A stretch of DNA of 64,000 bases from an uncultured SAR86 cluster bacterium (GCA_902591665.1 CACJBO010000001.1:15112-79111); one strand, 5' to 3'. Positions 41,229 to 52,376 are shown, numbered from the stretch's first letter. Numbers and translations: made by a program. The notes: generated from the sequence alone by a model not told the origin.

Positions 41229-42499
41229 TGAAAGTTTTAGTCATTGGCTCAGGTGGAAGAGAACATGCTCTAGCATGGAAGTCCTCTCAAGATGACGCAG
41301 TGACCAAAGTTTTTGTTTGTCCGGGTAATGCTGGGACAGCGTTAGAGGAAAAGTTAGAAAATATTTCGTTAAATTTAAATAACTTTGAGGAAATAGCAGA
41401 TTTTTGCAAGAACGAGAATATTGCTCTTGTAATTATTGGTCCTGAACAGCCACTTGTTATGGGCATGACTGATTTTCTTCAAGCTAAAGATATTAATACT
41501 TTTGGTCCCTCTGAAGCTGCTGCTCAACTTGAAGGCTCAAAAACTTTTTCAAAAGATTTCTTTGTAAAGTACGGAATACCAACAGCAGGCTATGCAGCTT
41601 TTGATTCTTTTGATGAAGCACTTATGCACCTTGATAAAATTGAATTTCCAACTGTTGTTAAGGCTGATGGTCTAGCAGCCGGTAAAGGTGTGATTATTTG
41701 CAAAACAAAGAATGAAGCCGTCAATGCTCTTGAAAGTATCTTTAAAGATCAAGCATTCGGAGAGGCTGGAAGTAGCGTTGTGATAGAAGATTTTTTAGAA
41801 GGAGAAGAAGCTAGCTTCATAGCTGTTGTAAGCAAGGATAAAATTATTCCTCTAGCAACAAGTCAAGATCATAAAGCTGTAGGTGAAGGTGATGTTGGGC
41901 TTAATACGGGTGGTATGGGTGCATACTCACCAGCTCCAATAGTGGATGAAAACATTCATCAAAAAATTATTGACGAGGTTATGACCCCAACAATGCATGG
42001 TCTTATTTCTGAAGGATCACCCTACTTGGGATTTCTATATGCAGGCTTGATGATTAAAGATGGTGAAATAAAAGTTTTAGAATTCAACTGTAGATTTGGA
42101 GATCCAGAAACTCAACCAATTCTATTAAGACTTAAATCAAGTTTGGTAGAACTTTGTTTGGCTGCTATAAATGATGAACTTGAATCTCATGAGATTGGAT
42201 GGACTGAAAAACATTCTTGTGGCGTCGTAATTGCATCACAAGGCTATCCTGAAAGTTATGAATCTAATAAATTAGTTTCACTTCCAAATAACTGTGGGGG
42301 TGAAATAAAACTATTTCATGCTGGAACTAAACTTTCCAGTAATAATGAAGTTTTGACCTCTGGGGGCAGAGTTTTCTGTGCAACAGCTCTAGGCGATAAC
42401 TTGAAGGAGGCACAAGCTAAAGCATATAATCTCGTTGAACAAGTATCCTTTGAGGGTGCTTTTTACAGAAGAGATATTGGTTTTAAAGGAATTAAATGA
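41228..42499 (+). CDS. purD: Phosphoribosylamine-glycine ligase
   Basis: GSGGREHAL, KADGLAAGKGV, NTGGMGAYSP, EFNCRFGDPE. Confidence 0.98.
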   Translation: MKVLVIGSGGREHALAWKSSQDDAVTKVFVCPGNAGTALEEKLENISLNLNNFEEIADFCKNENIALVIIGPEQPLVMGMTDFLQAKDINTFGPSEAAAQLEGSKTFSKDFFVKYGIPTAGYAAFDSFDEALMHLDKIEFPTVVKADGLAAGKGVIICKTKNEAVNALESIFKDQAFGEAGSSVVIEDFLEGEEASFIAVVSKDKIIPLATSQDHKAVGEGDVGLNTGGMGAYSPAPIVDENIHQKIIDEVMTPTMHGLISEGSPYLGFLYAGLMIKDGEIKVLEFNCRFGDPETQPILLRLKSSLVELCLAAINDELESHEIGWTEKHSCGVVIASQGYPESYESNKLVSLPNNCGGEIKLFHAGTKLSSNNEVLTSGGRVFCATALGDNLKEAQAKAYNLVEQVSFEGAFYRRDIGFKGIK

Positions 42500-43131
42500 G
42501 CATAATAAATAACATTGTTAATGAATTTGATATTGCCTTAAAAACATTATCCAACAAAAAATCAGGCACTGGACGAGCTTATCCTGCGGATTCGATTCAA
42601 GATAATACCGAGAGCCTTTCCCAAAAAGAAAAAGATTTATCAATACAAATGATGAGGGTGAACCTTGCTGGAGAGGTAGCTGCACAAGCTTTATACAGAG
42701 GACAAGCACTTGTTTGCAAAGATCAAAAGATAAAAGAGCATTTAATTGAGGCTGGAGAGGAAGAAACAGATCATCTGGTGTGGTGTAAAAAAAGATTGGA
42801 TGAACTTGATGGCAAAGAATCAATATTTAACCCATTGTGGTATGCAGGTTCTTTTGCAATAGGTGCAATTTTTGGAAGATATGGAGAAAAAGTTAGTCTG
42901 GGTTTTGTTGAAGAAACTGAAAAGCAAGTAGTGGTACATTTGGACAAACATCTCAATAAAATATCTTCAAAAGACAAAGAAACAATTGAAATTCTTCAAA
43001 CCATGAGAGCTGATGAAGATGCTCATGCCCAACAAGCTGTTGAGAACGGTGGAGAAGAATTAGAGATACCTACAAAAAAGATTATGAAATATACCGCCAA
43101 GGTAATGACATCAACAAGCGCACACATCTAG
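42496..43131 (+). CDS. coq7: Demethoxyubiquinone hydroxylase Coq7
   Basis: MRVNLAGEVAAQALY.GQ, EETDHL, ETEKQV..HL, DEDAH di-iron motifs. Confidence 0.93.
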   Translation: MSIINNIVNEFDIALKTLSNKKSGTGRAYPADSIQDNTESLSQKEKDLSIQMMRVNLAGEVAAQALYRGQALVCKDQKIKEHLIEAGEEETDHLVWCKKRLDELDGKESIFNPLWYAGSFAIGAIFGRYGEKVSLGFVEETEKQVVVHLDKHLNKISSKDKETIEILQTMRADEDAHAQQAVENGGEELEIPTKKIMKYTAKVMTSTSAHI

Positions 43132-43136
43132 CTCAA

Positions 43137-43868
43137 ATGAAAAATATAGTTTTGCCTTTATTATTAATAACAGCAAATATCTATTCACAACCCATAGTAA
43201 ACATAGAAAATCTAAGATATTCTGGCGAAATTGGAGTATTTAAATCAGCCGGCATTTCATTTAATGGCTCAAGAGGCAATGAAGATAGAGATGATTACAG
43301 CCTAAATTTTACCTATGTTAACAACAACGAAATAGTTGAGTCTCTATTTACAGCAAGTAAATCTGAAAGAACAAAAGATGACATAATTGAAGATGAATCA
43401 TCATTTTTTCATGGAAGGTTGTTATTTAAATCAGAAAAAAATAATAATTTAGAAACTTATATTCAATCAAGCAGGAATCCTTTTCAATCATATAAAGAAA
43501 GAAATTTAGTTGGTTTAGGGTATAGGTTCAGCATCAGCAAAGATCAAAAAATTGGTCTTAGTATTATGCATGAAGATGAACAAAGCCTTGGCGGAACTAC
43601 TAAACAAGTTGAAAGATTAAATCTGTATTTCAGCAGAGTTTTTGCACTTGAAGGAAAGAACTCACTTTCAGCATCTTTCTTTTATCAGCCATCAATTAAA
43701 GATATAGATTCAGATTACAAAGCATCTGGTTTGATGACGCTAAATCTACCTATATCTGAAAACTTTTCTCTTGATGTTCAATTATCATCTTCTGTTGATA
43801 ATGACCCTCCTGATTTATCAAAAAAATCTAATCACTCATTCTCAACAAATTTTAGATACAAATTTTAA
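43137..43868 (+). CDS. DUF481-like outer-membrane beta-barrel
   Basis: Signal peptide, IVNIE..R start, GSRGN, amphipathic strands, C-terminal YKF. Confidence 0.7.
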   Translation: MKNIVLPLLLITANIYSQPIVNIENLRYSGEIGVFKSAGISFNGSRGNEDRDDYSLNFTYVNNNEIVESLFTASKSERTKDDIIEDESSFFHGRLLFKSEKNNNLETYIQSSRNPFQSYKERNLVGLGYRFSISKDQKIGLSIMHEDEQSLGGTTKQVERLNLYFSRVFALEGKNSLSASFFYQPSIKDIDSDYKASGLMTLNLPISENFSLDVQLSSSVDNDPPDLSKKSNHSFSTNFRYKF

Positions 43869-43871
43869 TTA

Positions 43872-45041
43872 TTACGAGTTCATTTTTTGCCACTTAATTG
43901 GCACGCCCTCAAGTTTATATCTATTAGATTCTTCTCTTAATTTTTCAAACTCTGTTTTTGAAGAATATACAGTAACTATTAATGCGTTTTGCTTGTTGGC
44001 TGTTATTCTCAGCACCCTGCCCATTCTTTGGATTCTTTGTCTTTTAGATGATGAAGCGCTAAGTATCATTGCTCCATCTGCTTCTGGCATATCAAACCCT
44101 TCATCAAGAGCTGTACAGCTAACCAGAACATTTAAATTTCCATTTTTAAAATTATTTAAATTTTCTTCCCTCTCGGCATTGTCCAAATCAGTATTATAAA
44201 TCGCTGATTTATATCCTTTGGTATTAATAATTTTATTGAACTCTTTTGCTTGTTTTTTATTCTCGGTGAACACAATCCAACTATCTCTCTTATGTTTTTG
44301 TAGTAACTCAATTCCAAAGGGGATTCTATTTTTAGAATTTTTTACCATTCTGGCTCTATTAAAAATTAACATTTTTAATGGGTAGTCATTCATATCATTT
44401 CCACCAATTGTGGCTGCTCTTCTTTGAATGCTTTTTGTGAACTTTTTATATTTTTCCTCTTCATCAGGAGTCATAGCTGCGTAGGCATATAAAAGCTTGA
44501 AGTTAACTATCACCTCATCTTCTCTTGCATCTATATAGTCATAATCAAAGATAATGTCTCCAAGTATCTTTCTAATAATGATATAAAAATTATCGTCATA
44601 ATCTCTTTCGGGAGTTGCTGAAAGGCCTAAAGTTGCATGCCAACTATTGGAAAGAACTTCTCCCCTTTTTTCAGTGCCGATTTTGTGACACTCATCAACA
44701 ATAAGAAGAGTTTTTGCTGCATCAAATTGTTCAATAATATTTTTTACAGAATCAATGGTGGATATATTTATTCTTGAGAGATGTTCTAAATGTTCTCCAC
44801 CTCCGTTTAAAGCAATGTCTTTTTCATTAAAATCTTTTTGTAATCCTTCATACCATTGATCTAATAGCGCTATGGATGGAACGACAATAAAAATTGAATG
44901 GTCTTTGTTTTCTTCTAGATACTTAGCTAGGCAATGAATGGCAAAAACTGTTTTACCACCTCCCGTAACTACTTTAACAATACCTCTTTTTTTTGCCCAC
45001 CATAAGGGAAATGCTTTTGCTTGCCACTCTCTTAGCTTCAA
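43872..45041 (-). CDS. SF2 DExH helicase, XPB/Ssl2/Rad25-like
   Basis: LREWQ, TGGGKT, DECH, LSATPER, LDEGFD, QRMGRVLR; TTG start overlaps the trpC stop. Confidence 0.88.
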   Translation of the reverse strand: MKLREWQAKAFPLWWAKKRGIVKVVTGGGKTVFAIHCLAKYLEENKDHSIFIVVPSIALLDQWYEGLQKDFNEKDIALNGGGEHLEHLSRINISTIDSVKNIIEQFDAAKTLLIVDECHKIGTEKRGEVLSNSWHATLGLSATPERDYDDNFYIIIRKILGDIIFDYDYIDAREDEVIVNFKLLYAYAAMTPDEEEKYKKFTKSIQRRAATIGGNDMNDYPLKMLIFNRARMVKNSKNRIPFGIELLQKHKRDSWIVFTENKKQAKEFNKIINTKGYKSAIYNTDLDNAEREENLNNFKNGNLNVLVSCTALDEGFDMPEADGAMILSASSSKRQRIQRMGRVLRITANKQNALIVTVYSSKTEFEKLREESNRYKLEGVPIKWQKMNS

Positions 45042-45787
45042 GCAAAATCTCCTCTCATCAGGCTCTCGCCAATAAGAAATACGTGAATGTTATTTTCTTT
45101 GAGTAAATCAATATCGGATTGATTTTTAATTCCAGACTCAGCAACAAAAATATTATCTGTTTGAAATTCTTCCCTAAGATTAATGGAATTATTTAGATCA
45201 ACCTCAAAGGTTTTAAGATTTCTATTATTTACTCCAATAATGGCATTCTTGTATGCCTGAACTCTTTTTAACTCATCTAAATCATGCACTTCAATTAAGT
45301 AATCTAGCTCCAATTCTTCTGCTAAATTAACAAAATCTTTTATTTGAACATCATCAAGAACACTTGCTATGAGAAGAATACAATCGGCGCCTATTAATTT
45401 AGCTTCATAAATTTGATACTCATCTACAGTAAAGTCTTTTCTCAGTATTGGCAGATTGGTTATCTTTTTTACTTCCTTAAGGTATTCAACACTTCCTTGA
45501 AAGTAGTCTTCTTCGGTAAGAATTGAAAGCGCTGAAGCACCAAAGGACTCATATTCTTTTGCTTTTTTAACTGGATCAAAATTGGTGTCTATTATGCCTG
45601 CACTGGGCGAAGCTTTTTTAATCTCTGCAATGATAGCTTGGTCTTTGCCAATTAAATTATTCTTAAAATTTGCTTTAGGAAGCTGTGTTTTTTTTAGTTG
45701 ATTCAAAATATTTTCAACAGGTAAGTCTATCTTTTTTTGAACTAATTTCGTCTTAGTGTTATCTACAATTTCATCAAGAATAGTCAT
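45038..45787 (-). CDS. trpC: Indole-3-glycerol phosphate synthase
   Basis: IAEIKKASPSAG, LRKDF, GVNNRNL, AESGI, LIGESLM. Confidence 0.96.
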   Translation of the reverse strand: MTILDEIVDNTKTKLVQKKIDLPVENILNQLKKTQLPKANFKNNLIGKDQAIIAEIKKASPSAGIIDTNFDPVKKAKEYESFGASALSILTEEDYFQGSVEYLKEVKKITNLPILRKDFTVDEYQIYEAKLIGADCILLIASVLDDVQIKDFVNLAEELELDYLIEVHDLDELKRVQAYKNAIIGVNNRNLKTFEVDLNNSINLREEFQTDNIFVAESGIKNQSDIDLLKENNIHVFLIGESLMRGDFA

Positions 45788-46797
45788 TAGATATTTGAAA
45801 CCCTTACATAGGCTGCTAATTTGTCAGCAGCTTTTCCATTATTCATTAAATCAAATGATAGCTCTACTCCCTCACTTATTGAGTCTACCTTTCTGGCAAT
45901 ATAAAGCGCTGCACCTGAATTGAGAGCAATCATATCTTGAACTGCAGATTTTTCTCCAGCAAAAGCTTCTTGCACCATCCTCAAACTTTCTTCAGATGAT
46001 TGAGCAGCAATATCCTCAAATGGAGCAGAAGCTATTCCAAAATCTTCAGGACATATTGCATATTCATTTATTTTAAAATCTTTATATTCGGATACATTCG
46101 TAGGGCCGGTTATGCTTATTTCATCCAAACCATCTTCCCCGTGAACTACCATGACATGCTCCATGTCTAAATTTTTTGCAACTCTTGAAAAGGTACTTAA
46201 AAGACTATTGTCATAAACTCCAATTATTTGTCTTCTTGCCCCACAAGGATTGGTATGTGGTCCTAATAAATTAAAGATTGTTTTCTTGCCTATTCGTTGT
46301 CTTGCTGGCATTACGTATTTCATTGATTCATGGTGCAAGGGTGCAAAAAGAAAGATAAAGCCAACCTGATTAAACACATTGAGCAATTTATTTCTATCGT
46401 GAGTTATGTCTGCACCAGCTTCTGTTAGAAAGTCAGCGCTACCAGATTTACTAGAAATAGCTTTATTTCCATGTTTTGTTATCGATGCTCCACCAGCAGC
46501 AGCAACAAAAGATGAAGCGGTTGAGCAATTAAAAGTATGGAGTCCGGTTCCTCCGGTACCACAGGTGTCTATATGAGTTCCATTCCCTATATCAAACTTA
46601 AGAGATTTTTCTCTCATAACGGTAGCTGCGGCTGTTATTTCTGGCTCTTGAATCCCTTTTTCATTTAAGGCTAAAAGAAAACTTTCTATGTCATTATCTT
46701 CGACTTCACCGCACATAATGTGATTTACAACATCCTGCATTTCTTGATTTGAAAGATCTTCCTTTCTACTTAATTTGTTAAGAATCTCCTTAATCAT
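45787..46797 (-). CDS. trpD: Anthranilate phosphoribosyltransferase
   Basis: DTCGTGG, FNCST, KHGNKAISSKSGSAD, GLDEIS. Confidence 0.96.
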   Translation of the reverse strand: MIKEILNKLSRKEDLSNQEMQDVVNHIMCGEVEDNDIESFLLALNEKGIQEPEITAAATVMREKSLKFDIGNGTHIDTCGTGGTGLHTFNCSTASSFVAAAGGASITKHGNKAISSKSGSADFLTEAGADITHDRNKLLNVFNQVGFIFLFAPLHHESMKYVMPARQRIGKKTIFNLLGPHTNPCGARRQIIGVYDNSLLSTFSRVAKNLDMEHVMVVHGEDGLDEISITGPTNVSEYKDFKINEYAICPEDFGIASAPFEDIAAQSSEESLRMVQEAFAGEKSAVQDMIALNSGAALYIARKVDSISEGVELSFDLMNNGKAADKLAAYVRVSNI

Positions 46798-47357
46798 AAC
46801 TCTAAAAAATTTTTAATAAGCTTCATGCCGTGCCCTGTTTCAATAGATTCAGGATGAAATTGAACTCCATAAATTGGTTTATCTTTATGTTCAATTGCCA
46901 TAATAACATCTGGGTTTTCTTCTAACACTGCAGTAATTTCAAGCTCGTTTGGCAGAGAATCCTTTTCTATTACAAGACTATGATAACGAACCACCGAATA
47001 AGGGCTATCTATGCCATTAAAAATACCTTCCTGACTGTGTGAAATTTTAGATAACTTTCCATGAATAATTTCTGGCGCTTTTATAATTTTGCCTCCGAAA
47101 GCAGCACCTATAGATTGATGTCCAAGACATACTCCAAGTATTGGAACTTTTGCTTCTTGAATTAACTTTACAGATATTCCCGCTTCATTTGGCGTACAGG
47201 GCCCTGGTGAAATTACTATTTTTTCTGGATTAAGGTCCTCAATTCCTTCTATTGAAATTTCATCATTTCTAACAACTAATACTTCCTTACCACATTCACC
47301 CACATAGTGGACAAGGTTATATGTGAAACTATCATAATTATCTATTACTAATATCAT
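46794..47357 (-). CDS. trpG: Anthranilate synthase component II
   Basis: IDNYDSFTYNL, SPGP, GVCLGHQ, QFHPES. Confidence 0.95.
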   Translation of the reverse strand: MILVIDNYDSFTYNLVHYVGECGKEVLVVRNDEISIEGIEDLNPEKIVISPGPCTPNEAGISVKLIQEAKVPILGVCLGHQSIGAAFGGKIIKAPEIIHGKLSKISHSQEGIFNGIDSPYSVVRYHSLVIEKDSLPNELEITAVLEENPDVIMAIEHKDKPIYGVQFHPESIETGHGMKLIKNFLEL

Positions 47358-48820
47358 GAGATCATTTCCAGCGCGTCTATAAAGGCTTTAGATTTTTGAA
47401 TACATTCCAACCATTCATTTTCTGGGACTGAGTCAGCAACTATTCCAGCGCCAGCACCTACATGAATTTTGTTATCTTTTATAACAGCAGTTCTTATGGC
47501 AATTGCTGTATCTATATTCCCATTCCAAGAAATATATCCTATAGCACCACCGTATATACCTCTTGAACTGGGTTCTAATTCATTGATTATCTCCATAGCT
47601 CTAATTTTTGGCGCACCAGATAATGTCCCCGCTGGCAATGAAGCTTTTAGCGCGTCAAGATAATCGAGATCCTTCGAAAGAGTGCCTTCTACATTTGAGA
47701 CTATATGCATGACATGAGAATATTTTTCAATAACCATTTTATCTGTCACTTTTACTGAGCCTATTTCTGAAACTCTACCAACATCATTTCTTCCTAAATC
47801 AATGAGCATCAGATGCTCAGCCAACTCTTTTGGATCATTTAACAAGTCTTCTTCATTTTGTTTATCTTCTTCTAAGTCCTTACCCCTCTTTCTTGTTCCA
47901 GCAATTGGCCTTAGAGTCAATTTAGTGTCTTCAAGTCTCACCAAAATCTCAGGTGAAGATCCCACTACTTGGCACTCTTCAAGGTCTAGGTAATACATAT
48001 AGGGAGAAGGATTAAGCTTTCTTATGGCTCTATATAAATGAAAAGGATCTAAATCAAACTTAGAGTAAAAATCCTGAGCAAGGACAACCTGAAATACATC
48101 ACCTTCTTTAATATAGTTTTTTATTGTATTTACAGTATCTAGGTATTCTTCTTTTTTAAAATTTGATTCAAAATGCATAGAGCCTTTTGGTTCTTTAAAT
48201 TTTAATTCTTCTAAATTAGAACTAGATGAAAAGTATGCCTTCATTTCATTTATTCGTTCTTGAACAACATCATATGAATGTTTGGCTGGGTCAGCATTAA
48301 AAATAACTTGAGCAGAATTATTAAAATTGTCGTATACAACTAATTGCTCTGCTTTAACTAAAAAAATTTCAGGCATATGTTTCTTAAATTTAGATCCCTT
48401 AGATGAAAGATCTGAAATTCTTTTTTCAGCATATCGTGCACTTTCATATGCAAAAAAACCTACGAACCCGCCATGAAATCTTGGTAAACCAGTCATGTTA
48501 GGTGATTTAAAACTTGATGTAATTTTCTGTATCTCGCCTAATGGGTCATCTGAAGTGATAGAAGTTACCTTGTTACTTTTCTTTAATTCAACAACATTTC
48601 CAGTAACCTTAATGGTATCTGAGCAATTAAACCCAATGATTGAGTACTGTGACCACCTATCTCCACCTTCAACAGACTCAAGTAAAAATGTATTATTCTT
48701 TTTTGATACCTGAGAATATAAAGTTAAGGGTGTTTGATTTTCAATCGGCAAGCTCTCAACAACAGGAATAATATTAAATCCTGAATCAATGTGTGCTTGA
48801 AACTCTTCCTTACTTAGCAT
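47354..48820 (-). CDS. trpE: Anthranilate synthase component I
   Basis: LLES, NPSPYM, PIAGTR, AEHLMLIDLGRND, GTLSGAPKIRAM. Confidence 0.96.
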   Translation of the reverse strand: MLSKEEFQAHIDSGFNIIPVVESLPIENQTPLTLYSQVSKKNNTFLLESVEGGDRWSQYSIIGFNCSDTIKVTGNVVELKKSNKVTSITSDDPLGEIQKITSSFKSPNMTGLPRFHGGFVGFFAYESARYAEKRISDLSSKGSKFKKHMPEIFLVKAEQLVVYDNFNNSAQVIFNADPAKHSYDVVQERINEMKAYFSSSSNLEELKFKEPKGSMHFESNFKKEEYLDTVNTIKNYIKEGDVFQVVLAQDFYSKFDLDPFHLYRAIRKLNPSPYMYYLDLEECQVVGSSPEILVRLEDTKLTLRPIAGTRKRGKDLEEDKQNEEDLLNDPKELAEHLMLIDLGRNDVGRVSEIGSVKVTDKMVIEKYSHVMHIVSNVEGTLSKDLDYLDALKASLPAGTLSGAPKIRAMEIINELEPSSRGIYGGAIGYISWNGNIDTAIAIRTAVIKDNKIHVGAGAGIVADSVPENEWLECIQKSKAFIDALEMIS

Positions 48821-49259
48821 TTTGTATAACTGCGTTTATGTTAATAAAGTCGCCAACATGAAATCCATTTTTTTTAAACCAGCCTTTATTTACTTCTAAT
48901 GCATATAAAACAGGCTTTTTAGAGCATACTGACTTCCTTGATAATGGCACCATATCATAAATACCTATTATTTCACCTGTATCTTCAATATAAGCAACAC
49001 TTAATGGTATTGATGTGTTCTTCATCCACATGCATTGAATTTTTTTTCTATCCCAAGCAAAAATCATACCGCTATCATAGGGAAGACTTTTCCTATACAT
49101 TAAGCCAATTTTTCTATCTTCAGAATTGGAAACAATTTCTATTTGCGATAAATATTTTTCTAGAAAAATAAAACCTTTACTTTCAGCAGAAATATTTAAA
49201 GAAATTAAAAAAGAAAGACTAAGTAATTTGAGCACGGAGCGTGCTAATGGTCTGCTCAT
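48810..49259 (-). CDS. DUF192 family protein
   Basis: [28 protein letters not shown]; real start may be the GTG at 49235. Confidence 0.88.
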   Translation of the reverse strand: MSRPLARSVLKLLSLSFLISLNISAESKGFIFLEKYLSQIEIVSNSEDRKIGLMYRKSLPYDSGMIFAWDRKKIQCMWMKNTSIPLSVAYIEDTGEIIGIYDMVPLSRKSVCSKKPVLYALEVNKGWFKKNGFHVGDFININAVIQNAK

Positions 49260-49887
49260 AATTATCAGTATTAAAGATAGCTGATCCGGCTACAAATGTA
49301 TCAGCTCCAGCTTTTGCTGCAAGATTAATAGTATCGTTATTAATTCCGCCATCAACCTCAAGACGAATATCTTTACCTGTTTCATCTATCATTTTTCTAA
49401 CTTTTTCTATTTTATCTAAAGAACTATGAATAAATGATTGGCCCCCGAATCCAGGATTGACACTCATTATTAAAACTAAATCTAGATCTTCGATTACGTT
49501 TTCTAATATATCCAAAGAAGATGCTGGATTAAAAACTAAGCCTGCTTTGCAATCTTGATCTTTTATTGCATGAATTGATCTATGAACATGCTTTGAAGCT
49601 TCGGGATGAAAACTAATCAGATCAGCTCCAGCTTTTATAAAACTTTGTGCTAATTCATCAACAGGATCGATCATTAAGTGAACGTCAATAAATTCTTTTA
49701 CGCCAAAATCTCTTAAGGATTTACATACCATAGGTCCAATAGTTAAATTGGGCACATAATGATTATCCATAACATCAAAATGTATCCAATCTGCTCCAGC
49801 ATTTAGAACATTTACAACTTCTTCACCTAGCGTTGCAAAATTAGCAGATAGAATTGATGGTGCAATAATATATTTACTTTCACTCAT
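49219..49887 (-). CDS. rpe: Ribulose-phosphate 3-epimerase
   Basis: [34 protein letters not shown]. Confidence 0.97.
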   Translation of the reverse strand: MSESKYIIAPSILSANFATLGEEVVNVLNAGADWIHFDVMDNHYVPNLTIGPMVCKSLRDFGVKEFIDVHLMIDPVDELAQSFIKAGADLISFHPEASKHVHRSIHAIKDQDCKAGLVFNPASSLDILENVIEDLDLVLIMSVNPGFGGQSFIHSSLDKIEKVRKMIDETGKDIRLEVDGGINNDTINLAAKAGADTFVAGSAIFNTDNYEQTISTLRAQIT

Positions 49888-49890
49888 GGG

Positions 49891-50562
49891 TTAATTTTCG
49901 TCTTTATAGGTTTTATTAGCAAGCTCTAAACGATCAATAGTACCAGTATCTATCCAGGTAGAGTCTGAAAATTCTCCGGTGACTTTATTTTTTTTAACGT
50001 ACTCAATAAGTATAGATTCCCATATATCAAATGGCGCATCTTCTATTTTTAATCCCTCAAATATTATTGGGTTGATAATAGATATGCCGCTCCATGTGCA
50101 TTCATTTAAATTATTGCTAATGGATACTTCATCAGCATTAAGTGAAAAATCTCCCTCAACATTGTGATCGGGATTCTCTACACCAACCAAATGAGCAATA
50201 TCTACATCCTGCTTTATATTCTTTAAATTGATTTGATGATAAATGTCGGCATTAATAAGCATAAAAGGATCTTTTCCAAGCAACCCAATAGCATTTAGAA
50301 CTCCTCCTCCCGTTCCAAGAGGAATTTCTTCTTCAGAAAAACTAATATTTGCGTTTGGGAAAATCTCTAAAACGTGTTTTTTAATCATGCTTCCAAGATA
50401 GGAGACATTAATGATAATGTCATTGAATCCCGCAGCTAATAAAGCATTTATATTTCTTTCGATCAGAGACTCATTGCCAATTTTTAATAATGGCTTTGGT
50501 AAATTTTCTGTAAGTGGCATCATTCTTTTGCCATATCCTGCTGCGAGAATCATAACTTTCAT
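49891..50562 (-). CDS. murU: MurNAc-alpha-1-phosphate uridylyltransferase (MurU-like)
   Basis: ILAAGYGKRMMPLT..PKPL, NPDHN..GDF; directly downstream of an amgK-like gene. Confidence 0.85.
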   Translation of the reverse strand: MKVMILAAGYGKRMMPLTENLPKPLLKIGNESLIERNINALLAAGFNDIIINVSYLGSMIKKHVLEIFPNANISFSEEEIPLGTGGGVLNAIGLLGKDPFMLINADIYHQINLKNIKQDVDIAHLVGVENPDHNVEGDFSLNADEVSISNNLNECTWSGISIINPIIFEGLKIEDAPFDIWESILIEYVKKNKVTGEFSDSTWIDTGTIDRLELANKTYKDEN

Positions 50563-51518
50563 AAAGCCTCTAACTCCTCATGCAGTTTTGGCATAACAGC
50601 AGAACTTAAATGCTCTTTTAAGGACATAAATTCATCATTGGGTATTAAAGTAATTAAATTTTCAAGAATTCCAGGCAAATCCTTTAATCTAAAGGTTCTA
50701 TTATCTTGAATATATAAATTGCTAAGGGTACCTAAAATTCTCATATTGCGTTGAATACCGCCCCACCTTAACCATTCATTAACATCTTTAACAGAAACAT
50801 CTAACTGCAAACACTGAACGTAATGTTTGAGAGCGTTATCAATTAATTGATCAGAATAAGAAATATAGTGATCTACTATTATTCCAGCTAAATCTATACC
50901 AACAGGGCCAATGCATAAATCCTGAAAATCTATTACTGCAATTTCATTACTAGAATCTACCATTAGATTTCTTCTTTCAAAATCAAAATGGCAATTCATC
51001 CATGGTTGTTCGGATAACTCAGAAAAGGCTCTAGCTTGAAGGGTTTCTAGCTGCTTTAATTTTTTACAAGATAAAAATTTTTCTAAAAAAATAGATTGAA
51101 TTGTTTCCATTTGCATCATCAAAGATTCTTCATCAAGTTTATCTATTTGAGGAATATGAGCTGTTTGAATTTTAGATAGAATCTCAACTGACTGCTTCAT
51201 CAGTTCAGGGTTTTCATTGAGATCAATATCTATTAAACATTTATCTCCTAGATCTTGTTGAACAATTACTCCTACATCTTGGTTAACCAAAATAATTTCA
51301 GGAGAATTAATGCTTAAGTTTGTAAAAAAATTTGAAACATGAAGGAATTTAGTATGGTTACCTTTTTTAGGATCTAGATAGCACATTACCAAAGACTCTG
51401 CTTTGTCAAAATGCAATCTATAGTACTCTCTTCCACTTGCCTCAAGTTTTAAGACATCAACTTCAATGGCATTAAAGCCAGTTTTGTTTGCTAGTTCTAA
51501 TGCCTCTTCTTTATTCAA
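50559..51518 (-). CDS. amgK: Anomeric MurNAc/GlcNAc kinase (AmgK-like)
   Basis: EASGREYYR, QDLGD, HFDFERRNLM, IDFQD...GP, QRNMRILG; paired with murU. Confidence 0.8.
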   Translation of the reverse strand: MNKEEALELANKTGFNAIEVDVLKLEASGREYYRLHFDKAESLVMCYLDPKKGNHTKFLHVSNFFTNLSINSPEIILVNQDVGVIVQQDLGDKCLIDIDLNENPELMKQSVEILSKIQTAHIPQIDKLDEESLMMQMETIQSIFLEKFLSCKKLKQLETLQARAFSELSEQPWMNCHFDFERRNLMVDSSNEIAVIDFQDLCIGPVGIDLAGIIVDHYISYSDQLIDNALKHYVQCLQLDVSVKDVNEWLRWGGIQRNMRILGTLSNLYIQDNRTFRLKDLPGILENLITLIPNDEFMSLKEHLSSAVMPKLHEELEAL

Positions 51519-52376
51519 TTAACTGTTTTTAACTTCATCAGGTACAGGAGTATCATCAGGAACGAAAAAGTCAGGCATGAGCTCCCCATACGGAACATTA
51601 GCATATTTTGAAAAATCTGTTACTCCAGCTTTATGAAGAACTAAGTCATCAATACAAAAATTTCCAGTAAAAGTTTTAGAATCTTTAGTTAAAATTTCAT
51701 AAGCAGCATCAGCCATAATATCTACATTTCTAGATAGTCTCATAATTTCATCACCGCCAAGATGATTTTGAACTGCAGCAGTTGCTATTGCTGTTCTAGG
51801 CCAAAGAGCATTGACAGCTATACCTCTATCAGCAAATTCTTCAGCCATACCTAGGACACACATGCTCATGGTGTATTTAGCCATTGAGTATGCAACAGTG
51901 CCAGCAAACCATTTTGGGTGCATATCTAAAGGCGGCGATAGGTTTAGAATATGAGGATTTGATGCCTTTTCTAAATGCGGTAAACAGTATTTACTTACCA
52001 TATAGGTGCCTCTTCCATTAATCTGATGCATGAGATCATATCTTTTCATTTCAGTATCTTTGACATTTGTTAACTGAATTGCAGAAGCATTGTTAATACA
52101 AATATCTATGCCACCAAAATGATCAACCGCTTTATTTATAGCATCTCGAACATTATCTTCGCTTCTAATATCACAAATAATAGGCAGAGCATCTCCACCC
52201 GCCTCAACAATTTCATCTGCAGCTGTGTAGATAGTCCCAGGTAATTTTGGATGCGGATCAGCAGTTTTTGCTGCTATCACAATTTTAGCGCCATCTTGAG
52301 CTGCCTTTTTTGCCATAGCCAAGCCAATACCTCTGCTGCCGCCAGATATAAATATAACTTTATCTTTTAAACTCAT
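51519..52376 (-). CDS. Short-chain dehydrogenase, HSDL2-like
   Basis: SGGSRGIG, KTADPHPKLPGTI, NNASAI, YSMAK, NALWPRT. Confidence 0.88.
   Translation of the reverse strand: MSLKDKVIFISGGSRGIGLAMAKKAAQDGAKIVIAAKTADPHPKLPGTIYTAADEIVEAGGDALPIICDIRSEDNVRDAINKAVDHFGGIDICINNASAIQLTNVKDTEMKRYDLMHQINGRGTYMVSKYCLPHLEKASNPHILNLSPPLDMHPKWFAGTVAYSMAKYTMSMCVLGMAEEFADRGIAVNALWPRTAIATAAVQNHLGGDEIMRLSRNVDIMADAAYEILTKDSKTFTGNFCIDDLVLHKAGVTDFSKYANVPYGELMPDFFVPDDTPVPDEVKNS

Noticed and set aside
48821-49260. trp attenuator or leader peptide upstream of trpE
   Set aside because: trpE overlaps the DUF192 gene; there is no space for a leader and no Trp-rich peptide.
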